The position numbers were made by a program, and so were the translations under genes. The notes below the pieces were generated by a model. It made no database searches and was not told where the DNA came from. It saw only the letters and a list, made by a program, of their open reading frames with translations. Shown here piece after piece: positions 9,125 through 18,691 of a DNA stretch of 32,000 nucleotides. The stretch covers positions 210,001 through 242,000 of the forward strand of contig JBHLKY010000001.1 in the NCBI GenBank assembly GCA_048886185.1. Direction: 5' to 3'. The stretch comes from Candidatus Hermodarchaeota archaeon. GTDB lineage: Archaea > Asgardarchaeota > Heimdallarchaeia > Hodarchaeales > Hodarchaeaceae. Numbering within the stretch: the stretch's first letter is position 1; the number at the start of each line of letters is the position of its first letter.

Positions 9125-9352
9125 ATGGAAACAAATGAGATTATTGCAGTTGTACTAATAACTCTTGCATTAATAATGGCAATATTAAGTACATCAATAA
9201 GAACAGCTCTCAATGATCTTTTTGAGGGAATGGGAGTTGGTATGATAATGTATTGGTTACCTGGGGACATTGTATTATTATTTATAGAAGTAGGCATCTT
9301 CATTCTAATAATAGCAACAGCAATTTATGGACAGAGAGTTTCAAGAGTCTGA
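9125..9352 (+). CDS. Small membrane protein (two predicted TM helices), hypothetical
   Basis: 75 aa with two hydrophobic stretches. Same strand as, and just downstream of, the ABC operon. Confidence 0.55.
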   Translation: METNEIIAVVLITLALIMAILSTSIRTALNDLFEGMGVGMIMYWLPGDIVLLFIEVGIFILIIATAIYGQRVSRV

Positions 9353-9400
9353 TTAACCTACTTTTCTGGAAATAATGCACTCTTCTCCACTCTTGGTGAA

Positions 9401-11830
9401 TTAAGATCCTGACCACTCTGCCTTAATGAGAATAGCTTCCTCTTTTTCAAATTCAATTGGTATACCTCTTGTTGCTTCATCCACTGTCAATTTCAAATGA
9501 GCTTTTTTTTCAAGCTTCGGTAGAGATTTAATGTCGATAGTCCAAAAACCATTTTTTTTTCTCAACAATTTAACCTTACAGGCTAAGAATTTCGGAACTG
9601 GATTATAGGCTACGAAATTAAGCTTTAGAGGAGGAAATTTAGTTAAAGCATGAAAATCAAATAGATCCAAATTTAGGAGCATAATTTCTTGTTTATCACA
9701 TTTTGCTAAGGCTTCAAACATTAAATATAACCAAATAACCTCACCTGAACCATAAATCTCCCTACCAATTACACCTGTACGAGAACCTTTTGGGAATATT
9801 TCTTGAGATTTTGAAAAATGAGGAGGTGTTTCAAGCATTTCAAGATCTTCAAAAGGAATGAATTTACAAGGAGTTTCGCGACGGGGTGGATATATAAATT
9901 CTTGATGTAAAACATTTGAGAAGTAGTAGAAGCTATTTATTCTGATAAGATTAAAAAATTTAAGTAATCCATTAATAGGGAACTTCATTCTACTTGAATT
10001 TATGATAGTCTTGAGGAAAATTAACCATGGATATGTAGATTCGAGGTTTTCTTTCATTGCTGGATATCTAATACCAACACATGCCATTACTAAGCCTTTA
10101 GTTCTACGTTTTCCTTTCCAATTAAACGAATTATCGTCATACCAGTAGAACATTCGTAGTTCATTAAGAATATTAAAAAATGCACTTTTTATATAGAATT
10201 CATCCCCAGTAATTCGATATAATTCTGTTAATCCTGCTACACCATAAGCAATTTCTAGTGGCTCCCAGAATAATTCATCTGGGGAGAATTTCATAAGTTT
10301 CTTTGCTGATTTTTTCGCTTCTCGAAGGAATCGATCCTCCCCAAATAAGTAAAAAGACTGAATCATTATATACAAATAAATGCCTAAGCAGGCAAAGTTT
10401 TTAGCTTTCATTTTCCAGAGAATATCTTTTTCCCCCCTGGCTTTAATTAAGGCTTTTTTCTTTTTATGGTCTGAATCAAGTTCATAGTTTAAAGGGCTAA
10501 ATGAAAAGGGATCATAAAAAGCAGTGATCTCATAATTATGTCTTTGTACGAATCTTATTGATTCATTAACCATTTTTTTAAGACTAGAAATATAATTAAA
10601 ATGAATAGGAACCAATGGAAGTAACCGAATAAACCAAGCAAATCTAGTAATAGGTTCAAAAAAGTACCAAGAATCGCCAATTGAGTATTTTGTTGGCTTA
10701 ATGATCCTAATACTGTGGAAATTATCATACTGAATATTATTATATAGGAAATTGGAATTAGGGTCAATAAAACTTTGGAGAGACTTACTGGCGCGTTTAA
10801 TATGATTCAATTGAGCCTCATCGTTGTGGAGTTGCAAGTACAGTATCCATGGAGGTAGTACATCGAAAAATGTCATTGTTTCAAAGGTATTTATTTTACC
10901 TATTGTTTTTCTACGTTTAAGCTCTGATTTATCAACCACATACGCGTGATATTTTGGTGAATTTAGATCCACCCAGCAGAGTTCCTCTTTCATAAGATCA
11001 TTAATGCAACCTTTGCTAAATTTCCACCATGAAAGATTATTAGAAGGAAATTGTGTATAACCGGAGACCAATTTGAAACATCTTGAGACAAGAGCTACTA
11101 CTGCCTCCCATTTACTTGGTTTTTTTTCCCTATAATTTTGAGATAAAAAGAAGTCAAAAGTCATTTCAAATTTCGCTGGAATTTCTACTTGTTTTGGAAG
11201 TGGTATTCTGTTGAGTAAACCAAATGAACCATCAGTTTTTGTTCCACATTCATATATTGAAAATCTTTCAACAGTTTCAGGAGACATCCAATACATTTTA
11301 GATATATCTAAAAAGAAAAAAGTTTCAATTCTTGAATCAGGATTCCACACATAAGCTGCAGGCATATCATTAGATTTCCATTCATCTGTGGATGGTGTAT
11401 GTCGAGTTGGTTGATTAATTGTAACTGCTGCAGGGTCATTGTATTTAGGTAAAAGCCTCATTTTAATTTCAGGTGCTGTGTTATGGAATTGAACTTTTTC
11501 GTTGAAAACTACTTTTATTCGAATGTGAAACCATGGGTACGTTTTCGCATTAACAAAAATATCCATGAAAACTTCTATACCCTTTATTTCAGATTTATTT
11601 TCAGAAAATACATGAAATGTATCATCTGTGCGTAACTTCTCAGTTATTTTCACTGAATTTATGGTAAAATGATCTTCAAGCGAGATTAGAGGTAATAATA
11701 AGTTTTCTTGCCATTTAGAAGGCGTAAGCACTGAAAAGATTGTAAAAATTGTACCCTCATTACGCGTTAATGAAATCTTTTGCCCTTTTATCTTAAAATG
11801 AATTTCGTCCTTGATTTTCAGTTCCTCCAT
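9401..11830 (-). CDS. Hypothetical soluble protein, putative (alpha/alpha)6 glycosidase-like fold; paralog of 26673..28565
   Basis: 809-aa ORF with no signal peptide. Shares DSWYF, PAMKEN.ES, LIRINSFYYF, FIPFED, GREIYGSGE.IW.YL.FEAL and YNP blocks with the 630-aa ORF. The fold is inferred. Confidence 0.65.
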   Translation of the reverse strand: MEELKIKDEIHFKIKGQKISLTRNEGTIFTIFSVLTPSKWQENLLLPLISLEDHFTINSVKITEKLRTDDTFHVFSENKSEIKGIEVFMDIFVNAKTYPWFHIRIKVVFNEKVQFHNTAPEIKMRLLPKYNDPAAVTINQPTRHTPSTDEWKSNDMPAAYVWNPDSRIETFFFLDISKMYWMSPETVERFSIYECGTKTDGSFGLLNRIPLPKQVEIPAKFEMTFDFFLSQNYREKKPSKWEAVVALVSRCFKLVSGYTQFPSNNLSWWKFSKGCINDLMKEELCWVDLNSPKYHAYVVDKSELKRRKTIGKINTFETMTFFDVLPPWILYLQLHNDEAQLNHIKRASKSLQSFIDPNSNFLYNNIQYDNFHSIRIIKPTKYSIGDSWYFFEPITRFAWFIRLLPLVPIHFNYISSLKKMVNESIRFVQRHNYEITAFYDPFSFSPLNYELDSDHKKKKALIKARGEKDILWKMKAKNFACLGIYLYIMIQSFYLFGEDRFLREAKKSAKKLMKFSPDELFWEPLEIAYGVAGLTELYRITGDEFYIKSAFFNILNELRMFYWYDDNSFNWKGKRRTKGLVMACVGIRYPAMKENLESTYPWLIFLKTIINSSRMKFPINGLLKFFNLIRINSFYYFSNVLHQEFIYPPRRETPCKFIPFEDLEMLETPPHFSKSQEIFPKGSRTGVIGREIYGSGEVIWLYLMFEALAKCDKQEIMLLNLDLFDFHALTKFPPLKLNFVAYNPVPKFLACKVKLLRKKNGFWTIDIKSLPKLEKKAHLKLTVDEATRGIPIEFEKEEAILIKAEWSGS

Positions 11831-11996
11831 TTTTTGGGAATTTTTGGATTAGAAAATTTATTTTTGGCTTCGTTCTTTAAGCTAGTTTTTAAGAAGGAGT
11901 AAAATTCGTTCATTAATGCCTATTATTTCGTGATAAAATTTTTTTTTGTGTTTCTGTTCACATGTGGGTATTCTATATGGGTTCTCCTTTTTACAC

Positions 11997-12060
11997 AAAA
12001 TTTAAAATATTGTCTAAAGCATCTGTATTATCTGTTAATCTCCCAAATAATACAGATAAT
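11997..12060 (+). promoter_or_regulatory. Putative archaeal promoter and operator of the membrane-complex operon
   Basis: TTTAAA at 12001. Inverted repeat ATCTGTATTAT (12021-12031) / ATAATACAGAT (12047-12057). Confidence 0.5.
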
Positions 12061-12077
12061 TCAGGCTTGTGATTTGT

Positions 12078-14219
12078 ATGAGTGACGAAATTGCGGAAAA
12101 GGAATCGCAAACAGGACCTAGAACAGGTTTAACCGTTAGATCTTTAATTATTGCTTTAGTGATTTTATTCTTCTGGGGATTATTAAGTATATTCAGTGGA
12201 AATTTCGGTCAGGCTCCCCAAATATTTATAGAAGAAATGTCTATTCTCTTTCCGTTTTTTATTTTGGTATTTGGTCTTCAAGCTCTTGAAAGAATTAGGA
12301 TAAGGGGAATCAAATTAACTAGACAAGAGCTAACATTTATTTGGGCTATGTTGATAGTTGGTATTCCTATTACCAGTAGTGGTTTTATTGCTGGAAGATT
12401 ATTACTCAATGCGATGTATTCACATCAAAGTGATGAACCTTACGCACCTTTATCTGGATGGGCTCCAGCATTTTGGGCTCCTTCAGAGGAAGAAATCCTC
12501 CGAGCATATGAGGGGGGAGTTTTTCCTGATTTTACAGAATGGCTAATCCCATTAGCATTCTGGGGAATCACATGCATTGCTTGGGCTTTTATGTGTTTAT
12601 TTTTGATTCAAATATTTAGAAAACCTTGGGTTGATGTAGAAAGGCTAGCTTTTCCATTAGCTCAACCTGTACAAGAGCTTTTAGAATCTCCTTTAGCGGT
12701 ACCAGAAGAAAAAAGGAAAAGGTATTTTTGGCTCGCGTTTGGATCATTACTTGGTATCGGTTATGCCTCTCTTGAATTCTTACGCGTAGCGTTCCCTGAT
12801 TGGGGAGATTTTCTTGCAGATGTAGATATATTTGGATGGATACTGGGGCGAGCTTGGTCTATAACAATTGATTTTGGAGAAGTATTTGGTTTAAGTGCGA
12901 TATTACCTAATGCCCAACTTGTTGCCCGTCCTGAACCCATTATGATTGCCGCTTTTCTATTAGTTTCACTTAATGTCCTGCTTTCTGGTATAATTTTTTG
13001 GCTCTTTTTCTGGGTTTTATTACCAGTAGGTATGACTGAGTTGGGAATAATAGATGCCCCAGCTTCAGTTGCCGCCTCTCCTCCCTATATTGATCTAGGA
13101 TTTGGACGTGTTGGGGGAATTTCACTTTTTGCTTTTGGGGAATTTGGAATGCTTTTTGGTGTTGTTGTTTGGGCCGTTATTCTGCAACGTCGATACCTTT
13201 GGAGGTCAATTAAGGCTATCTGGGATCCTAGTATAATAGATGAAAGTGGGGAACCTATATCATATAGAATAGCATGGATTGGATTTTTACTTTGTGGGGT
13301 TATATTCTTCTCAAGTTTATTGTTAAGTGGTTCTCCACTTGTGATGGCGATATACACAGTCATTTTCTTAGTAATAGGATATATTGCTGGCGCCCGTCTT
13401 AGAGCGGAAACTGCTGGAATGGGAATCGGTCACCCAGGGTACCTTCATCTGCATGGTATGCATACTGTTCGCCTTTTTGCTGGTGAAGAAAACGCAGCAA
13501 CTGGTGGTTTTTATGTCACCTCAATGTGGATGCAATTCTTTCAGAGAGATGCTGCTCCAACCACACCAGCAATTTCTTCACTAGAGGCCTATAATATTGC
13601 CAGAATTACCAATACACGTAAAAGAGACATTTTCATTGCCCATAGCATCGGAATCCTTGGGATAATATTATTATGTTTGATTACTTGGCCAATTTTTGCT
13701 TATTCGTATGGATTAGCAAACGAATGGTCTGGTGAGGCAGGACACAACCAAGATTATAGTGAATCAACAATGACACTGGCTGCAGGTGGCTTTTGGGATC
13801 ATCGAAGTTATGAAATTGATATCTGGGGTCAAGCAATATTAGGAATGGTTTTTGCTATAGGTCTTAACATACTTCGATTAAGTAGGCCTTGGTTACCGTT
13901 GAATCCAATTGCTGCACCAATCATTTTAAGCCTCCGAGGACCTTATTGGTGGTTACCAATGTTATTTGCCTATATTATCAAGTTCCTTGTAGTCCGGATT
14001 GGTGGTACAAAAGCTTATACTACTTTTCTCCTCCCAGCTGCAGTAGGATACCTTATTGGAACTGCAGGTGTGTGGGGATATTCACTAGTGGTAGTGATGA
14101 TTCCTCTACTCTTTCCATTTGTCGCAGGAGCCATTTTTGATTTCATAGTTCTCGCTATTTGGGTATTATCCATCTTAGCAACAATTTTATATCTAATTCT
14201 TAATTTAATAAAGAGATGA
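12078..14219 (+). CDS. Polytopic membrane protein, OPT-superfamily-like (DUF6785-type)
   Basis: Many hydrophobic segments. GLTVRSLII start motif and ERLAFPLAQP (OPT L.FP motif). Its stop overlaps the next start (ATGA at 14216-14219). Confidence 0.75.
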   Translation: MSDEIAEKESQTGPRTGLTVRSLIIALVILFFWGLLSIFSGNFGQAPQIFIEEMSILFPFFILVFGLQALERIRIRGIKLTRQELTFIWAMLIVGIPITSSGFIAGRLLLNAMYSHQSDEPYAPLSGWAPAFWAPSEEEILRAYEGGVFPDFTEWLIPLAFWGITCIAWAFMCLFLIQIFRKPWVDVERLAFPLAQPVQELLESPLAVPEEKRKRYFWLAFGSLLGIGYASLEFLRVAFPDWGDFLADVDIFGWILGRAWSITIDFGEVFGLSAILPNAQLVARPEPIMIAAFLLVSLNVLLSGIIFWLFFWVLLPVGMTELGIIDAPASVAASPPYIDLGFGRVGGISLFAFGEFGMLFGVVVWAVILQRRYLWRSIKAIWDPSIIDESGEPISYRIAWIGFLLCGVIFFSSLLLSGSPLVMAIYTVIFLVIGYIAGARLRAETAGMGIGHPGYLHLHGMHTVRLFAGEENAATGGFYVTSMWMQFFQRDAAPTTPAISSLEAYNIARITNTRKRDIFIAHSIGILGIILLCLITWPIFAYSYGLANEWSGEAGHNQDYSESTMTLAAGGFWDHRSYEIDIWGQAILGMVFAIGLNILRLSRPWLPLNPIAAPIILSLRGPYWWLPMLFAYIIKFLVVRIGGTKAYTTFLLPAAVGYLIGTAGVWGYSLVVVMIPLLFPFVAGAIFDFIVLAIWVLSILATILYLILNLIKR

Positions 14220-17200
14220 TGGTGTCCTTCATGACAAAGACAAAATTTGTCATCATCTTTTTTTTTTTCTTAATGTTTAATGTAATAGTTCACGTTTACA
14301 CAATTAATGACTGCAGTAATATCATAAATTGGAAAGAAAATAAGACAATTACTGGAGACAAGATTACAGGGAGAATAAATGACCTCATTGACTTCCTAGA
14401 TTTAAGCAAGCAAATTAATGAAACCTATTTTGAGAACATTGAAAGCCATATCAGTAATTTATCTAGTTTCGGAAGTCGTGTAACTGGTTATCCTGGGTAT
14501 GAACAAACAGTTAATTACATCGTTGATTTTTTTCAGAAACAGAATCTATCGAATGTTGAAACAATTTCCTATCCACTCGTAATACCACTAGAAAAGAATA
14601 CATACATTGAGATAAAAGGGGAAAATTATTCAGCGTATACTCTTGCTCCTAATTCAGTCCACTCATGCAAAACACCCCCAAATGGAGTATCTGGAAAACT
14701 AATTTATGGTGGATCAGGTAAATATTCTGATCTTGATGGGAAGGATATTGCTGGATCAATTGTAGTCTTGGAATTTAATACAAACGACAATTGGCTTAAT
14801 ATTGCTGGTTTAGGAGCTAGGGGAGTTATCTTTCTTGCCCCTAATGACACTGATCGCTTTGAAGCTAATTCTAAATCAATAGATGTCCCTCTTAATTTTC
14901 CCCGATTTTACATTCAAAATTATACAACTATAGAAACTGTTAAAAGATTTGCACAGCAGTATAATCAAACTGTAACCCTTTATTCTGATATTGAGATGAC
15001 TATGATTGAAGCTAAAAATGTGAAGGGATTATTATCTGGTAGAAGTGATGACCAAATCATTATTTCTGCTTATTTTGATTCTTCATCAGTGGTTCCTTCT
15101 ATATCACCTGGAGCTGATGAAGCATGTGGGATCGCGACTCTTTTAGAATTAATACATGTTATAAATGACAATAAAATTATACCTCAAAAAACAATAATGT
15201 TTTTAGCTCTCTCTGGTCATAATCAAGCAGCAGCAGGAGCAAGAGAATTTGTCTATCAAAATTATGATATATTAAATCGTGAATCAGGAATAAAACTATT
15301 TCTTACATTAGACCTATCTGCCTCAAATTATAAGATTGGAATAAATCCATATGGTTATTTATATCGATTTAAATTGCAGTTTACTACAGCGACAAATTTA
15401 GAAGGAAGGATAAAGGACGTTGGAGAAAATTATTTGGTTGAATATGCTTCACATATTCGTGAAGCCTCTAATTACAATTTTGAAGTGAATTCATATATCA
15501 GAAAACAACGATTTGAAGATATTGCTCCGATTACCTTTGTAGGGGATCAAGAGCCCTTCGTTGCAAGTAATGTCATCGGATTGTCTTTCTTTACTAGTGA
15601 ATCTCATCGATTAAAGTTTAATACTCCCTTTGATCTTCCTAAATATTTACAAATGGATCACCTGAAGTCGCAAGTAGTTTATTCCATTTGTGCTTTAACT
15701 CAGCTTGTCTTAGAGGAGGACTTAGATAAAGTATTAGACTTAGAGCATAGAGATTTTTCAATAAGACATACAACTCACGTCGGATACGGGATTATTCAAG
15801 GTCATTGTAAAGAACGTAATGAAACAACTGCTTGGTTTTCTGATGTACCAAATGTTCTTATCCGTGTTTCATCTCGTGATCCAAGTCGAGGTCTTTATGG
15901 GGAATATACCTATCTTACAAAAACTGATAATGATGGATTCTTTGAAATTCATGGAATTTCCTCCTCTCAACCTGATATTAACTTAGAATTCATTGCTGAG
16001 GCGTATGAATTTGATTCTAAAGGTAATTTAATCAAGGCAACCAATTTAGGATCATATGGGCAAACTTTTAAGCGGTCAAATAAGCTCACAAGTAAGACAA
16101 TTACAATTAATCCTACTGTGTTTAAGTGTGGCACAGTTTCATTATTTGAAGTAACACATCCTTATACTCAAGCTCTCTCTGCTAATTCATTAACCTATCA
16201 AGTATTGGATCCCGAAACAAGAAATCTTTTCTTCTCATTTGGATATATAGGGATTAAATCAGTTAGTTTAGTCTTTCTTTATCCTGATACATCCTCAATT
16301 ATGGTAGGAGAATTACCAGATGGAGTATTAGGGGTCTATGCTACGAATTCAAGTAGTGAAAAGCCGAGAGGAGAGGGTTTTAAGGTTCAAATGGGTGAAT
16401 TTCAAAATCTAGGGATCTCTTCATTTATCACTTCTTTAGATCTTCAGGCAGCAACAAAAACTTATGTGGAATTATACACGAGCTATAATATTTATGATTC
16501 ATTGGTTAATGATACCTTTGAAAGAGCGATTAATCTTATGGATTCCGCTTTTATACAGAAAAACAATCTGGAATACTCGAAGGCAATTGTTACTATCAAA
16601 GAAGTTCAAACTTGGTCATTAGACGCATTTAAGCAAGCTAGACGAGTAATTGAGGACGGAACATCTACAACAATATTTTTTGCTATCTTGCTTCTTCCTT
16701 TCTCTTTTGCGCTTGCATCCCTCCTTTTTACTTTCGAAAGCGGTATTAAACGCGTTGTGGTGACTAGCATAATTTACGGAACAACTTTATTATTTTTCTA
16801 TATTATTCATCCAGGTCTTCATTTATCATCCAACATTTTTATGATAATAATTGGAATAATTGCTATCATTTTTGTGTTTCCAGCTTTCTATATGATCTAT
16901 CAAGAAGGATACGATTATCTAAAGAGTTTACGAGTCAAAATAATTGGAGCACATTTTGCTGATACTAGTCGAACTTCAACTATTTTAATTGCTATGAGTA
17001 CTGGTATCGCCAGAATGAAAAAACGAAAAGGAAGAACAGTAATTGCTCTCTCTGGTATCGTTCTTATTACATTTTCCTTAACACTCTTTACTTCTGCGAG
17101 TACACAGGTTGCTGTGTCCACTCGAGGAGTAGAACTTGAAACACCTTATAATGGTGTCTATTTTAGAATGAAAGATTGGAAAGAGCCACTTTCTGAGGAA

Positions 17201-18682
17201 TTATATGATTTTCTAAATGTAAAATATGGTGAAAAAACAACGATTTCATCACGATGGTGGTTATACCCTCCATCACAGGAAGCCAACGGATTTTTGAAAG
17301 TAACGAACATTGATGGCAAAACTAGTTGGGAAGGAGAGGCAGTACTAGGTTTAACTGCCGAAGAACCTTCCTTTCAACCACTTATATCATCAATATTAAC
17401 CGAGGGTACTTGGTTTAATAGTTCTAACAGTATGGAATGTATTCTCTCTGAATTTTCAGCTAATAGTTTGGATGTTCATGTAAATGACACTATAATTTGG
17501 TCTGGATCCAAATTTAATGTTATTGGTATAATAAATGAAGAATCATTTGATGAAATCCAAGATTTTGATGGTGAGGAAATTACTCCAAAAAATAATCGTG
17601 CACCGTCTCCAAGTGTTCATCTACCAGCTAAATTGATATTTATTCTTCCAGCAGAAACAGCGAAGGACTTTGGGGCATCATTATATGCAATTTCTATTTT
17701 AGCAAATGAGGAGGTAGCTAATAACATTGCTGACTCTGTTTCCTCGACTTATGGACGTTATCTAGAAGTTAAGGTTGGTAATAATGGTATAGTGTCTACT
17801 CATAGAAGAGTTATACAAGATTTTGGAAGAGGATTAGTTGAAATGGGAATACCTCTTACTATAGCGATTTTATTGATGGTCAACACCAGTATAAGTACTG
17901 TGTATGAATCAAAGAAAGAAATTGCAGTTTTCACATCCTTAGGGCTAGCACCATTCCATATCGCTGGATTATTCTTAGCTGAGTTTCTGGTGTATGCTGT
18001 TATAGGTTCTGTGGTTGGTTACTTGGGTGGAATAACTACAGCGGTGTTACTTTCAGCTATAGGGATGTTTCCTGAATCGCTAGCTATTAATTATTCATCT
18101 GGATCTGTAATTAATGCATTAGGCTTTGGAATTGCTGGAATCCTCCTTAGTACAATATATCCACTTCGAATTTCTGCGAGAATGTCTGTACCATCTGTTC
18201 GACGAGCTTGGGAACTTGCAACTTCTCCTCAGGAGGATGGGGTTCATTGGTCAATCCCGCTACCATTTGTCGCAGCAACCGAACAAGAAGCAGAAGGTAT
18301 CATTCATTTTTTACGTGAATTTTTCATTATCTATGAGTCTGAAAGTGTTGGTGGGGTATTTTTTGCCCAGAACATTAGAGTGGTTGAGAAGAAAGAACCT
18401 AGGCAAGAAAAACACCTCATGGCTACAGTTAATTTGGCTCCATTTGATATGGGTTTGAAACAGAACGTAGATCTTTACACTTATCTGGATGAAATCAAAT
18501 ATAGATATGTCTTTGAGATTGAATTGGAGCGATTAGAAGGAATATTATCAGCATGGGAAACCTCTGTGAGACGTTTTGTTGACAGTATTAGAAAACAACT
18601 CCTAATCTGGAGAAGCCTTTCAAAAGAAGAGAAAGCAACTAAATCAAAGGAATTTCGGATTAGAATACAAAAGGAATTATGA
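14216..18682 (+). CDS. Giant membrane fusion protein: signal/TM + PA domain + degenerate M28 peptidase-like domain + extra TMs + MacB/FtsX permease + C-terminal cytoplasmic domain
   Basis: FGSRVTGYPG, PA-like SGKLIYGGSG..GARGVIF, IISAYFDS..PGADEACG, RMKKRKGRTVIALSGIVL (MacB TM1), NTSISTVYESKKEIAVFTSLGL..LFLAEF (FtsX). About 14 N-x-S/T sequons in predicted extracellular parts. Confidence 0.85.
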   Translation: MMVSFMTKTKFVIIFFFFLMFNVIVHVYTINDCSNIINWKENKTITGDKITGRINDLIDFLDLSKQINETYFENIESHISNLSSFGSRVTGYPGYEQTVNYIVDFFQKQNLSNVETISYPLVIPLEKNTYIEIKGENYSAYTLAPNSVHSCKTPPNGVSGKLIYGGSGKYSDLDGKDIAGSIVVLEFNTNDNWLNIAGLGARGVIFLAPNDTDRFEANSKSIDVPLNFPRFYIQNYTTIETVKRFAQQYNQTVTLYSDIEMTMIEAKNVKGLLSGRSDDQIIISAYFDSSSVVPSISPGADEACGIATLLELIHVINDNKIIPQKTIMFLALSGHNQAAAGAREFVYQNYDILNRESGIKLFLTLDLSASNYKIGINPYGYLYRFKLQFTTATNLEGRIKDVGENYLVEYASHIREASNYNFEVNSYIRKQRFEDIAPITFVGDQEPFVASNVIGLSFFTSESHRLKFNTPFDLPKYLQMDHLKSQVVYSICALTQLVLEEDLDKVLDLEHRDFSIRHTTHVGYGIIQGHCKERNETTAWFSDVPNVLIRVSSRDPSRGLYGEYTYLTKTDNDGFFEIHGISSSQPDINLEFIAEAYEFDSKGNLIKATNLGSYGQTFKRSNKLTSKTITINPTVFKCGTVSLFEVTHPYTQALSANSLTYQVLDPETRNLFFSFGYIGIKSVSLVFLYPDTSSIMVGELPDGVLGVYATNSSSEKPRGEGFKVQMGEFQNLGISSFITSLDLQAATKTYVELYTSYNIYDSLVNDTFERAINLMDSAFIQKNNLEYSKAIVTIKEVQTWSLDAFKQARRVIEDGTSTTIFFAILLLPFSFALASLLFTFESGIKRVVVTSIIYGTTLLFFYIIHPGLHLSSNIFMIIIGIIAIIFVFPAFYMIYQEGYDYLKSLRVKIIGAHFADTSRTSTILIAMSTGIARMKKRKGRTVIALSGIVLITFSLTLFTSASTQVAVSTRGVELETPYNGVYFRMKDWKEPLSEELYDFLNVKYGEKTTISSRWWLYPPSQEANGFLKVTNIDGKTSWEGEAVLGLTAEEPSFQPLISSILTEGTWFNSSNSMECILSEFSANSLDVHVNDTIIWSGSKFNVIGIINEESFDEIQDFDGEEITPKNNRAPSPSVHLPAKLIFILPAETAKDFGASLYAISILANEEVANNIADSVSSTYGRYLEVKVGNNGIVSTHRRVIQDFGRGLVEMGIPLTIAILLMVNTSISTVYESKKEIAVFTSLGLAPFHIAGLFLAEFLVYAVIGSVVGYLGGITTAVLLSAIGMFPESLAINYSSGSVINALGFGIAGILLSTIYPLRISARMSVPSVRRAWELATSPQEDGVHWSIPLPFVAATEQEAEGIIHFLREFFIIYESESVGGVFFAQNIRVVEKKEPRQEKHLMATVNLAPFDMGLKQNVDLYTYLDEIKYRYVFEIELERLEGILSAWETSVRRFVDSIRKQLLIWRSLSKEEKATKSKEFRIRIQKEL

Positions 18683-18691
18683 GGTTAATGA

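Noticed and set aside
4699-9352. RiPP biosynthetic cluster (RRE + ABC exporter)
   Set aside because: No radical SAM, YcaO, lanthionine or lasso enzyme and no leader/core precursor peptide is visible. The 75-aa ORF is a plain membrane protein.
14216-18682. Active M28 aminopeptidase annotation
   Set aside because: The first His, the Glu-Glu pair and the last His are substituted.
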